Shown: piece after piece, positions 48,201-61,959 of the stretch
Layout of the letters: every line of letters starts with the position of its first letter
Position numbering within the stretch: position 1 is the stretch's first letter
From: Tubiluchus corallicola
Taxonomy: Eukaryota; Animalia; Priapulida
DNA length: 64,000 nucleotides
Assembly (NCBI GenBank): GCA_030141605.1
Contig: JAQGDQ010000675.1
Location: forward strand, 1-64,000
Direction: 5' to 3'
Program-made: the position numbers and the translations under genes
The notes under the pieces: generated by a model
Databases searched by the model: none
Seen by the model: the letters and a program-made list of their open reading frames with translations, nothing else
What the model was told of the DNA's origin: nothing

Positions 48201-49780
48201 AAAAAAGCTTTCTGATCCAATGAAGCATTTTACTGTTAAAAAAGGTAACGAAAAAGCTGACAAAGAGGCAGTAACTTTCGGGCAGCCACTCTGTAAACAG
48301 TTTGTCTTTCGTGCACTCTGTCTCTGGTGAAGCAGACTTTAAACTACTTCACAGTTTGGCTAATTGGAAAAGGTTATCTCTTATCATTCATATCTCTTAT
48401 TTTTCCTTATTATCTTATTTTTCCTTAGCTTAACTTATTATATTCTGTTTATGAACATCTTTGGTTGATCATTCTACTGTTTTTTATCGGATTTTTTTAG
48501 TTAATGCTCACATTATCCATTTTCTGTTATGTTAAAAATTTTAAGTTACTTTTATTATGTTTGCATCGCATATTTACAGTATTTTAGAATTGTAAATTTT
48601 GGTTATTTAAATTATAATGTTCTACAATATTGCATTTCCCATCAGTTAATTGCCAATTACACACGTCAACAGAATTCAAATTTAAATTGAAAACGGTGCC
48701 AAAATTAATTTTACTTAATCGTTGCTATTTAAGGGTGGCTGACTAGATAACCTACGTGTTCTTCACTGCCCTTCTCCTTTGTTACGTAACATTGCATGCA
48801 TTCCTAATACTGTATTTTGTTAATTCTTGAGGAGTTAATAAACGAATTAAATTGAATCTTATCAAATTGTTATGGTTGCAATAGTGAAAACAGAGAAGTG
48901 ATTTATCTCAAAATAAACAGACTTGAACTCTGTTTATAAAAATGGCAGTTCAGTGCACTTTTACCGACACAATGTACTACAAAACGATCGTGGAAGAGAG
49001 CCGTTACAAAAGATTACAATAGCAAAGGTTTTGCTACTTTTTTTCAGTACTGATGATGGTAGCACTCTTCATGTAATAATCAATTGTACAGTCTGTAAAA
49101 TAAAAAATAGTAGTTCATGTAGCAAAGTAAAAATGAACAGTAGATTTTAAAAAGTGCTAAAATAGACACATTATTAATGTTTTGTCTTGAAGTGACCTCC
49201 TGAAAAATGAGATTTTTGCTACAGTGAAGGATAAGAGGTGAATAAAGTGAAATATTAATATTGAAGGAGATTCATAATTTCTTCAAGCTTTTCAGATGGA
49301 GGGGTCATTCGCATACCACTTATCGTATTACCACCTTGTAAGGCAACAGATAAACGCTGGAATAAAAAGCTTGTAGACCTAGTCTCCCCTGTGGCACAAC
49401 TGAATTCGTTTAACAAAAGTACCAAGATATTTTTCCTTCAGCGCCAATAGTGCCAACAGTTTCAACAGCAATTGGTATAAAATTGAAATTTGGCAGAAGA
49501 TTGTTGTATTTCCTACATTTTCTGTTTTCGGCTAACTGAGCTGCATAACCAGCGTAACTGGATGAGCCAACCAAATTTGAGTGTGCCAATGTATCAACAC
49601 AAGTAAAATCCCAAAGTTAGTTCCAAACTATCAATGTGTTACAATTCATTACAAGTACAGGAATTTGTTATGCAACAAATGAAAGGTGGTGTATTTTATT
49701 AAAGCTGTCTCACCTTCAAAGTCTCCGGTGTCAGCAACCACAGTAGTCACTGCTTTCAACTGCTCTAGCTGACTTGCCAT
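36227..49780 (-). CDS. TALDO1: transaldolase, 9 coding exons, 323 aa
   Basis: Exons 49780-49714, 47541-47418, 45875-45768, 43397-43266, 42248-42188, 42094-41980, 38932-38803, 38061-37994, 36393-36227 join in frame with GT-AG ends (972 nt). Motifs [55 protein letters not shown]. Confidence 0.96.
36700..37275. repeat. dispersed repeat (unclassified TE)
   Basis: Homologous segments at ~52760-53140 and ~60470-60625. Confidence 0.7.
39044..40630. repeat. 37-bp minisatellite, ~43 copies, in a TALDO1 intron
   Basis: Unit TACGTCTCATGCATGTA(C/T)GATCATCAATGATACCTAC, very homogeneous. Confidence 0.95.
42560..43165. repeat. foldback-like element of short degenerate repeats
   Basis: TTGGACAC-type motifs in the left half and GTGTCCAA-type reverse complements in the right half. 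Confidence 0.55.
43948..44389. mobile_element. Tigger/pogo-like MITE
   Basis: TIR CAGACAACCTCGGGTATAAG / CTTATATCCGGGGTTGACTG with TA flanks. Confidence 0.85.
46040..46388 (-). mobile_element. tRNA-derived SINE with Meta core and (ATT/GTT)n tail
   Basis: Minus strand: A box TAGTCTAGTGG, B box GAGTTCGAACC, then GGGTCATACCAAAGACTTTAAAAATGGTACCTGCTG (MetaSINE-like core), and a 3' end ...GCCGACTTTAAATAAAG followed by a microsatellite tail. Confidence 0.8.
47555..48858. repeat. long inverted repeat (~440-bp arms) in TALDO1 intron 1
   Basis: 47555-48010 is the diverged reverse complement of 48415-48858. Both arms end outward in AATTG-type tails. A related motif (AGGGTGGCTGAC...GATAAC) lies at ~18910. 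Confidence 0.85.
49295..49617 (-). mobile_element. 5'-truncated CRE-like non-LTR retrotransposon, restriction-like endonuclease fragment
   Basis: Translates to [11 protein letters not shown]...[13 protein letters not shown]...[10 protein letters not shown] and, after a frameshift, [14 protein letters not shown]. Confidence 0.8.
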
Positions 49781-50291
49781 GGCTAGTGTTCTCTTCAACC
49801 TGGAGTATCTAAAATAAATTTTAATAAATTGCTGCGTGACCACCTTAATTTATGGAAATGAAAAAATAGACTGAGATCTTGCAAAAATAATGAACAAGCG
49901 AGGTTACAATTATCAATCTTCCCAATTACCACTAACTCTATGCCATCAAACCAGGCACACACTTCCGAGGTAAAACGCAACGTGACTTTGCATTTTTTGC
50001 GTCATTTTCGCCAAGCTTTCATGTTGTACACGAACGCGATTTCTTCGACACCAGTCTTAGCTGCCTGAGGTCTTGCACATAAGGAATTTTAAGAATATTA
50101 AGGAATGATTATTAAATGTTATGATAAAGAGCTGGTCGACGTGGTCGTGTTAAGCGACGTGTTTGATGCTCTTGAAACAAACACTCTTGAATCAATCTTG
50201 CCTATAACACCATATATATCATTGCATGTTAAACTTACCAGACGAATTTCGTCTTCGTGGCTGTGAAACTACAACGCGATTATCATAAAAT

Positions 50292-50517
<226 letters not shown>

Positions 50518-51544
50518 TAGTGGTGTTGTTGTTGTTGTTTTTGTTCTAAGGCATCGAACATTCAAGCCTGTATTGCAGACATATGAGTAAATTAGAAAAT
50601 AATAAATTTTATGAATTCACCAGAGCCAACTTGAAAGACACGCAAAAAATATACAATTTGAGTGCAAAACAACAACTTATTTCAAAAATATGACTTTAAA
50701 ACAACAAATTAAGTAAAAGTAGATTTATTAATCTTAATTGCTAAGTAGCATAAAGCTATTTTTACTCTGATTCTTAATTTTAGTTTCCTAAATCAGTGAT
50801 ATCAGTCTTTGTGGTAAATTAGCACTTGACACTTATTTGCAGGCACAGTCTTCATCATCCCAGAACTAAATTAATTTTTTGGCAAGCTAAAGTTTTTATT
50901 GCTGATTCGAAATACATTCGGTGCGATTCGAATTAAAAAGGCAAAAATTCGACTCAATTCGATTTCTGGTTGCGTTTGCTCACCCCACAGGCCAACCCTT
51001 ATTAAAAATGCACTAGCGGTCAGCGCATGCGTTTGAGTGAACGCCGAGACAGAAAATTCAGCCAGAAAAAGGTTCATTGCCCTTTTGGGGGGTCAAGACC
51101 CGCAGTTTGGAAACCACTGATCTAGATACTAAATTTTGGGTCACGCCGAAGTGTTTTAATATATTTTATCATTTATCAGTTTTCTGTAAATTGCAGCTTG
51201 AAACTAATGTCAAATAAATTATTACTATTGACGTTGTAAGACCGTAACTGATAGTGGAGCGAACCTACTTGCAATTTTAAAATGAAAAAGCAAGATATGT
51301 GAAGAATTCAAGACTGAAGGATATTCACTTTTATGATCACTAGGCCACACGGCAACTTGTGATCAAGACAGATTGTGTACCCTCATCAGACAAATCTTAC
51401 GTGTCACCTAATCTAACATGATAATCAATTTATTTATTCACTTCATTAATTAACGTTTCTATTTTGATCGTTTTAATAGTTTCACATTTTCTCTTTTACC
51501 ATTTCTTTAGTTCATTCATATTTTTCCTGTTACCTTCAAGATTA

Positions 51545-52245
51545 GTCATCGTCATCATACTCATCATGAACATCTTCATCGCCATCGCCATCCACATTAC
51601 CACCACTGCTACACTGCTGCTGCGACCACCACCACCGCCACTACCATCAACACCACAAGAACCACCACCACCACCTTCATCATCAATCTTACCACGGCCG
51701 TCATCAACAAAACCACCTTATCATCCACCACCATCACCACCATCACCGCCACTACCATCAACACCACAAGAACCACCACCACCACCTTCATCATCAATCT
51801 TACCACGACCGTCATCAACACCACCACCTTATCATCCACCACCATCACCACCATCACCGCCACTACCATCAACACCACAAGAACCACCACCACCACCTTC
51901 ATCATCAATCTTACCACGACCGTCATCAACACCACCACCTTATCATCCACCACCATCACTACCATCACCGTCACTACCACCACCACCACCACCACCATCA
52001 CCACCACCACCAACACCACCACCACCACCATCACCACCACCACCAACACCACCACCACCACCACAACCACTACTACTGCCATTGCCATTACCATCAACAC
52101 CACAAGAACCACCACCCCCACCTTCATCATCAATCTTACCACGACCGCCATCAACATCACTGCCTTATCATCCACCATCATCACCATATCGTCTACCACC
52201 AGTCCATCATCACCAGCTCAATCAGCACCACCACCGCTGCCACTA
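51545..52245. repeat. CCA/TCA-rich low-complexity tract with ~102-bp higher-order repeat
   Basis: Repeated block CTACCATCAACACCACAAGAACCACCACC...TTATCATCCACC. Confidence 0.85.
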
Positions 52246-54319
52246 AGACTGGGGAGTGTTGTCGGTCTGACTGCGCATGTCTGAAGCCACATTTCGCTGA
52301 AGCCAGATCTCGTCAGGTGCGTGCAGTAACATGACCAGAACCGATGCTTCAATCAATTAATTTATCATGTCTGCATAAGCTTGCCCAAATTGCGGTGTCC
52401 ATTATAAACCATTACCAATTGCACTTTGCTTGTTACAACTGCATCTGTGAGTGACTTGTTTAATCCTCTCTACTCGACATCTGTACATGTCACGCGCCAT
52501 TCAACTACCGCACAATCAGTTGTCATTAAACAGAAATGGTCAAATCACAACTTAATTTAGAACAATACAGCGTAGGTCACTGAGATATTAAACGTAAATC
52601 AAACACGAGCTGCACTGTTATTGAATTGAATTGAATTTATAGAAATGATAAAAGCGTATTAAAACAAAACTGGACCCAATCTCAAACTGCAGGTCAAAAC
52701 AATCTACTCTATAAAATATTGAAAGGAAACATACTGTTCTTTCAAAAATGACTTGCGTGAAAGAATTATTAACATAATGTTCAACAGTAAAAATATTCCA
52801 TGAGCGTGTTGCACGTGTTCGCGAAAGCGAAAATTGAAGTACAGTGCTACTGTAAGATATTCAGTGTGTTGTACTAATGTTAGGCTAGTTTTAAGATAAA
52901 AATTCAAATTTCAAATTTACCGCTGTGCTCACGCATGAGCTGTCGAACGTGTACACTTCGTCACCAACTACCATATCTGAACTGAGAGGTACAGCACCTA
53001 TTTTTTGTGCAATACATTTCAGAAATGCAGGCGCTAGTGTCCGTCTAACTGGCGAATGGCAAAATGCAAGTAACAGCGAAGAACTAGTGGCGCGAACGTG
53101 AAATTGTGTTTGTGTGGTTATACTTTTTCACGTAAGTCATTTTTGAAAAAATAGTATGTTTCATTCAATATTTTAAAGAGTGGATTGTTTTGACCAGCAA
53201 TTTAAGATCGAGTCCGGTTTTGCTTTAAAGAAATAAGAAACTGTGTCAGCTGTTCTAACAAACGTTTTCACCTAGTTTGCCAAACATAATGAGACTTGCT
53301 GTAAATTTTAAAAATAATGACATACGAATTTGCCTTGTTAATTTAAAAGTTATGTATCATTGCAAAAATGCAAAAAGATGACCCTAAAGTTTTTTGACAT
53401 TTATACGTAACCGTTTGTGACGTTATAGCGGTAATTTTCAAGGTATTACACAATTTTCTTCTTAGAATATCATGACCAAAATTTTGGCGCTTTGATAATT
53501 TTCTACCACTCTCTTTTTTCGTCGATTACTCTTTCATTGGTGACTCTTCATTTCCGAGTTTAGATGAATTTAGCGGAAACGTATTTTTATCACTGTGTTT
53601 GACCATTGTGTTTCTGGCTTTTTTATACACACGCGTCAATAAATTTTTCATTATCACTTTACAATCGTTCATGGGTAGCAATTTGATATACATACTTCTT
53701 GTAAGAAAAAGCACATCGTAGCCAAAACTCTTTGTATACGAAATGCAAATGTTTGTTTATAGTTGTTGTGGTAGAAATTTGCTTTTACACAAAAACTCCA
53801 TCCACACGTAGAAAATAGACTGTTAATGTGGTTGTAGCGCTTTAAAACTCCTACGGGGCCACACTACTCGAAATAGGTCTTATATAAGACCTATGACTTT
53901 TTTGCTGCTGTATCAGTACAGACATAACTAAATGATTATAAATTAGGTACTGTTCTATTCAGGTGAATCTCCGCTATCCAATCATGTTATTTGTTTAAAC
54001 ATTTATAAGTGATTTAATTGGATAAAAAAAACACACCCTCTTCAGGCGCCCCAGCTTAGCCTATTGAGTAGCTTAGTCTGGTGTACACTTGCGTGATCGT
54101 AGAGACTATTTTATTCATCACCTCCTTGCTACAGTGAAAGCTACAGCCAAGTGATTTTCACAAAAACTATCAAATATAATTGTTGCTTAGTGAGAGCAGT
54201 TTGTTCATGAACCCCTGCAAAATGCAGCAAACGCTTATGGTCCCTCTAAAGGAGTTAATATTTCTTGTCTCGTGTAAAATACTAAAAAGACACACAGGCT
54301 CCTTTTAAAATACCCTTAA

Positions 54320-54870
54320 AGAAAAGGGCAACCCTTCTAGGGGGTTAGGCTTATTTCAATGTTCGTGAAAACACTTAGAAGAATTTAGTAGTTAAACTGC
54401 AATAAGCACCTCGTGTAAAAGCACTATAAAGTCGCTATCACTTCATACTTGGACGCTCCCATTTTGAATGCCCATTCTTCTTCCAATGACGTCATTCGTC
54501 TTGAAGAAAAGTAGCGCACTGTCAATCTTCATCAAAAGTTTAATAAGTTTTTACATAAAAATAGATATCCACTTTTGTGATATTTTTGCGTGAACATTAG
54601 GTAAGCTGCAGAAATTTGAATTAGTTTAAGCAACGCACGCTCACGAAAGGCCACGATGCGCTTACGAAAAGTCACGAAGTCTCTCAGTTACGTCACAATA
54701 TTCAAATGAATGGCGGCAACCAAAACGCCTGAAAATTTTCATTGAAAGGTAGAATATTTTAAATTTATGCTTTATAAGCGATTCTTTGCAAGTTACTTTA
54801 TTACATTTTTCTTATTTTAAGTGTTAATAGTAAAATAAAGCCAACATACTGAATGACTTGTTCTTTCCTT
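54320..54870. mobile_element. Kolobok-like MITE (TTAA flanks)
   Basis: TTAA-AGAAAAGGGCAA ... TTGTTCTTTCCT-TTAA. Its right end is homologous to 35500-35616. Confidence 0.55.
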
Positions 54871-55262
54871 TAAGTTATATTTAAACCTTCACCAGACAAT
54901 GGAACTCGCAATCATCAATCTCTTATTCAAGATTCACAAAGACGGACAAGAAAGAGACAATGCGCCCAGCGGCGGTGAGATACCGCATTCGGTCAGCGCA
55001 GATGGCCAGCTACTGTGCAATATTGACCAGTGTGACGCAACGTTGACCGTTACTGGCGAACCGTTGATGAAATAAGTAGCTCTAATGAGCGCTTTCGTTG
55101 ACGGAATAAGAGGTCAGTGAGGTGCGTATGTTAGACACAATGAGATAAGATCTGTCGAAACTTGAACAACTAGTTTTCTCATTTTAACAATGATATTAAA
55201 ATTGACAATGACGACAATGTTCATGATGCTGACGACGGCGACACTTATTATATGCCTGCATG

Positions 55263-55758
<496 letters not shown>

Positions 55759-56128
55759 CCTGCATGGCATAGGGCCTGATATAGTTTATTTGATACATCA
55801 CTGATTTATACAATTCGACAAGCTGCTTACTGAAATTAATTACAATATTTAGAAGTATTAGCGACTAGGCCTATATTTATATAATATATTTAAATCATGC
55901 ATATTTATGGTATATATGTAATACTAATGAAGTCATATAAATTGAAAAAAAATTATTACTAATAATAAGTTATTTTATTTACACAACATAATTACATATA
56001 TATGGTACGCATGTGAAAGGGAAAGGCTATAAGTTTATTATAATTATTACTAGTAATTATTGTATGTACACTAATTATTGAATAGTTGATGTTATCTACG
56101 AAGTCACGAATATTAGATCTGTAATCAT

Positions 56129-56523
56129 TAGGGGTGAACATCGACCGTCGAGTTCGATTCGAACGAGTTTTTTAATTCGAAATTGATTCGAATCTAAAAT
56201 TATAGTTTCGAATAATTCAGTACTTGAACCACATACGTTCTTTTGTCATTAAAACGTTTAAACGTCACGCAATTAGCACAATTTAGTAGCGACCTCTGTG
56301 CGCAATTTTTAAACTAATTATCGGTGCTTCTATTGCAGAGCAAAATCGAGTAATATGCACGATCTTCGTAAAACCGCGTTACGCTGAGGGTTCGAAAACT
56401 TGTTCGAAAATCTTTCAAACTCAATTCGCATTCGAAATGCTGAAATTCGATTTGATTCGAATTCGAAAGTCACTAATTCGGTTTGATTCGAATTCGATTT
56501 CTGGTAGAGAATGCTCACCCCTT
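56129..56523. mobile_element. hAT-type MITE with ATTCGA subterminal repeats
   Basis: Ends TAGGGGTGAACAT / ATGCTCACCCCTT. Near-perfect 8-bp TSD GTAATCA(T/C). Related fragments at ~50900-50990 and ~27100-27170. Confidence 0.75.
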
Positions 56524-56839
56524 GTAATCACTGACCATATATTTTGTTTTTTTCTAGAAAGACGTCATCTTATGTAGACAATTCAATTTGTTTTAAGTTT
56601 ATTTATCAGCTTTGGTATAAAGAAACCGTCTCATGTGCAAAACGGATTATTGTGATTCTGGTAGCGTCTAGCAGTGGATCATGAATACAATATTTGCCAC
56701 AGTCGTTTCCGGCTGTTACCGTTGCCGGGTTTAAATCAGAAGAAAACATTCGTCTTGAAATTTTACATTACCTACATGCAATCTTATTGCATACAGAGCT
56801 TGTATTAGCAGTAACACTGTATAAAACTTGCAAATTTAA

Positions 56840-57180
56840 TCTCAAGCGATGACCGTTAGACGCAGCCATTTTAATGGTAGGTCATTTTAAACACGTTTAG
56901 ATAACATTCGGTCAAGTTTGAAGAAATAATCAGAGCATTCGTAGCGCACACGTCACTAACAAGTAAAAGTATAAATTACTTTATATTGTCAATAAGATCA
57001 CTAATGCGTTTTTTGTGAACCGGTGGTGCACACTGGGATGGCTACGAAGCGAATATTTTAAATTATTATTTTTGATAATTACATAAGTCTCTCGAAAACG
57101 CAAGGTAACGGAAGTAATATAACTTTGTGTGGGAAATTTTTGTGACATAATTTAAAGTGGCCTTCCCTTCCCTTCCCTCC
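56840..57180. repeat. dispersed repeat
   Basis: Colinear with ~19550-19900 (CCATTTTAATGGTAGGT...AAACACGTTTAGA). Confidence 0.7.
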
Positions 57181-57198
57181 CTTTTAAAGACTAGAATT

Positions 57199-57729
57199 TT
57201 AATGATTAAACAGCATGTACTGTAACTTTGCTGTCTCATTTTTCAAGACAGCTATTTGTGCACGTAATTTCAAATTCTCCTGCTCTAAAATAACAGCTCT
57301 CATCGCGATCTCCTCTTCCTTCTGTCTGCGCATATCACGTGACCTCTTAGCTGCGTCGTTGTTCTTGCGACGTCTCTCCCAATAAGCGGCGTCCTTTTTT
57401 TCTTCCGGCACCGGTTTTACTTTACGTTGTTCGGAATCGGACGACAGCCGTCGCTTGCGGAACAAGCCGGATATAGTCGCGACGGGTCCAAAAGCAGCCA
57501 TATTGGATGCATAACCGGGATATGATGACGTCATTGTTTGATGATAGTGGGGGTAGTGTTGTGAGAGGGGTGCATCGGAGTATTGATAGAGTGAAAACGG
57601 AGGATGAAATGTAAGTTCTTGAGCTTGAGTAACCACCAAGGGAGCATCTTCTGTTTTCCCAGTTACAACTTTCTGAGGAATCGGCTTCTGAAGCCCTTTT
57701 GTTGAACTATAAATGATAGATCCCTCCAT
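57199..57729 (-). CDS. PAR-family bZIP transcription factor, CES-2/giant-like (176 aa)
   Basis: KVKPVPEEKKDAAYWERRRKNNDAAKRSRDMRRQKEEEIA followed by a leucine zipper ending LQYMLFNH. The first ATG (57729) follows a plausible acceptor TTTTTACACTTAG, so the longer ORF from 57876 is probably intronic read-through. Confidence 0.9.
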   Translation of the reverse strand: MEGSIIYSSTKGLQKPIPQKVVTGKTEDAPLVVTQAQELTFHPPFSLYQYSDAPLSQHYPHYHQTMTSSYPGYASNMAAFGPVATISGLFRKRRLSSDSEQRKVKPVPEEKKDAAYWERRRKNNDAAKRSRDMRRQKEEEIAMRAVILEQENLKLRAQIAVLKNETAKLQYMLFNH

Positions 57730-58249
57730 CCTAAGTGTAAAAAATTCACGAGTTAAAAAAGTTAGTACACGATTATATTCAGTGTTATCATAAATACGAT
57801 TAATGAGTCTTTTCACAGTTTCGTTGTGCGCACGCGCATGTTGCTGTAGATCAAAAGTTAAGTGTATCTGTACCACAGCAACAGGTCTTACTCTTAACTA
57901 CAACAGTCAAGAGACGTGTCTAAAGCGCAGCCGTCTGCCGCATCAGTTCAGTAACTTCAGTTGTTTTACGTTGACCTTACGTACTTAATTATGCATTAGG
58001 CTATGCGTAGAGTGATTTACTAACAGGATCTTGCTTGGGAACAAGAAAAAATGAATTAGGCAATGTTCTAGCTAGCTGTTAAAAATTGTTACTATTACAA
58101 TAGCATGGGCTGCGAGGCGTTGGTCAAGTGCACATAAATGTGTTGTCTGGTACTCTTAACCTTTGACCTTTTTCACGATCATCATCAATCGCTGCAACTG
58201 TTAAAAGCCTTAATGCGGTAATTAAAGGCACTAATACAACAAAAGAACC

Positions 58250-59330
58250 AAAGAAAAAATAAGTAGATCTATAGAAATTAAAAAATAAAAATAAATAAGA
58301 AAAGAGAAAATATTAGCATAAAAAATCAGACAGAATTAAAATGCATACAAAAATACAAAAATAAAAATATAAAAATATGAAAGGAGGAAAAATAAGAAAA
58401 GCAATAATGAGAACAGACAAGGAAAAAACAAAAAGGAAAAGTAGAGAAAAAGATAAAAAGAAAGAACGAAAGAAATAGGCGAAGAAGCAAAGGAAAGAGA
58501 AAAAAGTCAAAAAGTAAAATGAAAAGAATATTTGGAATAGAAGAAGAAGAACAGAATTGGAGCAGAAGGGAAGAGAAGAGAGGTGAACAAAGAACTGGAG
58601 GGTTACAAGAAGGAAAGAGAGAAAAATGAAAGAAAAGAGAAAATAAAAGTAGAAAAGAGACGACGAAAAAATAAAACAGGAGTGAAAAGCAAAGAAGAAT
58701 ATATGGGAGAAGAAAAGAAGAGGAAAGAAAATATTCAAGAAAAGAAAAGAAGAAGAAAAAAGAGAAGAAAAAGAAAATGAAAAAGGAAAGGAAAATGAAA
58801 AGAAAGCAAAAGGAAAGAAAAGGAAAGGAACAAAAAGGAAAGAAAAAAGAAAAGAGAAAACAAAACAAAACAAAAAAGAGAGGAAAGGGAAAGCAAAAGA
58901 ACTCAAAGGAAAAGAAACGAGATAGAAAAAGAAGATAAGAGAAACATAAATACTGAAAAAAGCAAAAATAAGAGAAAAGAACAAGATAAAAATGAATAAA
59001 ATGAAAAGAGAATAAAAGGAAAACGGCGAAAAACAAAGAATTGATAAAAAGGTAAAGTAAAGAAAATGAAAAAGTAAATACAGGAAATAAAAGAAAAAAG
59101 AAAAACAAAGAAAGAGAAATTCAAAAGTGCAAAAAATCTGAGGTAAATATCACGATGATGGTCAATTAAGATGCACTTGTAAGCATAATTACCTAACCAC
59201 TTAATATGTAAGAAACAAATTAAAAAGATATTACAAAAGAGCAAAAAACAAAAGAAAGGATATGAAGGAAAAAGAAGGGGTAAAATAAAGAAAATCAGAA
59301 AAAACATTGTTTCCCAAAGAAAAAATTAGA
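58250..59330. repeat. purine-rich (A/G) low-complexity tract
   Basis: About 1 kb of A-runs punctuated by G. Confidence 0.85.
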
Positions 59331-60139
59331 ACTGATAAACCTACCTCGGCTTCCGGTGAAGCCTTTATGCAAAAAAATTTACAAATTAAGCAATCACAAC
59401 GTAGCTTGATTTAAATGTCGTTTCTAAAATCGAGGTTCATCATGGTTTATTTACTTAAAATGATGAAAATGTTTGCTTGTTCTGTGTAAACGGTTTTCAA
59501 AACAATTGCACAAATAAAAAGTTTTCAATCCAAAGCTGACCACAGCTGCAGTCGTAATGACTACATGTTAACAGACAAAACTACGAATGACCATATATCA
59601 CTATGTACTTATATACGTAGCTCGTTTATTATCATGAAACAATACTTGCGTCATTAGTAGAGGACGGCCTATTTGATCTCGCATCCTGTGTACTGCATCC
59701 AACCGCGCTGTCTATGTTAATGTATACGCAACCTTGGTTTTGGAGTGGCTACTCAGGATTTCTCAGAGCCCGGGGAATCCTAAGTACCGGGTTTGCGTTT
59801 ACATTATACAGTGAATGGAGCGAGAACTGGTTGTCCAGAGTGACGTAAATCCACTGCGGTTAACTTTGCGTAATCCCTTTCTGTATTAATGGTCAGCCTG
59901 TTGTGGACAGCGGTCGAAATCCTGCGCTGGATTGAGCCATATTACGCATCGACTATTAAGAACGAGTTATTGTGTAATTAATTAATTACACTGAAAGCTA
60001 CAGAACGCGTAACTCAGGTGTAGGGACCTTATTAATAGAATCCTGTTGCATAAGCTTAGATAAAATAGATATCAAACGCGCAGGCGCGCTTTCCTAAAAT
60101 TAGGCAAGGGTTAAATTTTATGAATCGACTACTTCGACT

Positions 60140-60420
60140 TTCAGAAACCAGAAATTTAATGTGGAACAATTTGCCTGTTTATGTTCGAAACAGAGTTACT
60201 AATGGCAGCTTCAAGAAGATTGCAAATTATTTAGTACACGTACATGAAAGATTTTTTGTGGGTTCCAGATTTGGTCATATGCATTCAAGGCTAAGAAAAT
60301 GCAATGCAGTAAATTAAGAAATGATTTTTTAACAATCACGTAGAGAGAAATCGTTTTCGTGTATGTGGTTGACAATTTGAAGATGTTCAACGCTATTTTT
60401 AAAATCTCATAGATATGATA
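60140..60420 (+). mobile_element. degenerate LINE ORF2 C-terminal fragment
   Basis: WNNLP...SFKK...HSRLR motifs followed by a decayed Cys knuckle. Confidence 0.5.
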
Positions 60421-61140
60421 ATATTGGGTATATTAGTTTAAACGATGATTCGCATAATACGCTCTTTTTAAGTATGACAAAAACTCTACATTTTAACACA
60501 ATGAAAACTGCAAAAGCGTTTCTGATAATTAAATAATAGATTAAAAACGTAATTAATGGCGGGCAAGCCCAACTATTGACGACATCACAAACTAACATAA
60601 TTTTCAACAGCGAAAACATTCCACGAGCAAAAATATACTAATATGCATCAAATTACGTAAAAATGTTGTTGATAAAATAAAAATTGGCCCCAGACAAAGT
60701 AAAAAAGATCGTTGTTAAAGTGAAACAAGATGTCAAATGGTGTTAAGGTGAAAAATGTGTCAAATGTTCAACATCATTAAATGAAGTGTTGCTGAATGCG
60801 GAGTCGTTAAGTGAGAACTTACCGTGTTTGACATGCATTTACATGCCCAAGGAATCTCTTCCTAGAGCCCTACATATAATGTAAACCTGATGAAACAACA
60901 AAAATACCAAATACAGGCATATAGTATGTTGCATATAAGCGTTTAACAAAAGCAACTGTAGATTTAAGGGATGGTACAGGGGCAAACAGGGGCAAACAGG
61001 GGCAAACAGGAGAGCTTGGTGTCAGCAAGTGGGATGATTTGGAATGTTTAAACCTGTGGATCATAAGAGCCATGGCACAACATATTAAGCTGCACTTACG
61101 TATAAACAGTGGTGGATGTACTGATACACGATACTGGTTG

Positions 61141-61273
61141 CAGGCCCTATTTCAAGGGGGGATACTTCCCCGGGGCCTCACCCTCCAGGGGGCCCTCGCG
61201 CCGAGGTAACTTTTTTTGCTTTATGCGAACATACTGCCTCCTCTCCCCCTCTCTCTCTCTCTCTCTCTTGCTG

Positions 61274-61306
<33 letters not shown>

Positions 61307-61670
61307 CCCCCCCTCTCTCTCTGCTCCCTCTCTCTCTCTCTCTTTCCCTCTCTCCCCCTCTCTCCCCCCTCTCTCTCTCTTTCCCTCTCTCTCTCTCCCT
61401 CTCCCTCTCTCTCTCTCTCTTGCCGCACGCGTGCCGTTTGACTGGTGCGGCTCGGTGCCGATGTTCAGCTGTTTTCATTTTCGGAATTTCTAACACCGGC
61501 TTGTACGGAAGTGAGAGTACGGTATTACATATTGCAAAGATGTTGTTTTTCATTTGACTATTTGACAAGTATTAAGAACTGGTCTTGAGACTGCTCTCTT
61601 CGCCCCCCCCCCTGAGGGGGCCTCACACACCCCACTTCCCCGGGCCTCGCTTAGGCTGAAATAGGCCCTG
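61141..61670 (-). mobile_element. hAT-type MITE with (TC)n tract, inverted relative of 55263-55758
   Basis: Same TIR family. 8-bp TSD ACTGGTTG at 61133-61140 and 61671-61678. Confidence 0.92.
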
Positions 61671-61959
61671 ACTGGTTGTGTTCAAGCAATTTTATTTCAT
61701 CAAAATAACGTTGTGGAGTACGTTAATGGTGCATCTTCGCGCTGGGATTATTTGTACCAAACTGTATGAGGGAAGACAAGTCATGTTAAATCTCAATCAC
61801 GAAGATCTACCACTACGTACTCAACAGCATTCTATTGTTATTTTAATGAAATCTAATAGTTTGAAAAAAACAACGTCATGCATTAGCACAATGCAAAGGC
61901 TATGCTTGATTTTAAAGCAACAGGTAAACAAAACGCAAAGCCATATATTTGAACCGTGG

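Noticed and set aside
51464-52246. 260-aa proline-rich ORF and its antisense Val-rich ORF
   Set aside because: They arise from a CCA/TCA low-complexity repeat that lacks stops by composition, and no exon context supports them. An extensin-like exon cannot be fully excluded.
58313-59307. Phe/Leu/Ser-rich ORFs that look like membrane proteins
   Set aside because: Artefacts of the purine-rich low-complexity tract; they are open in several frames.
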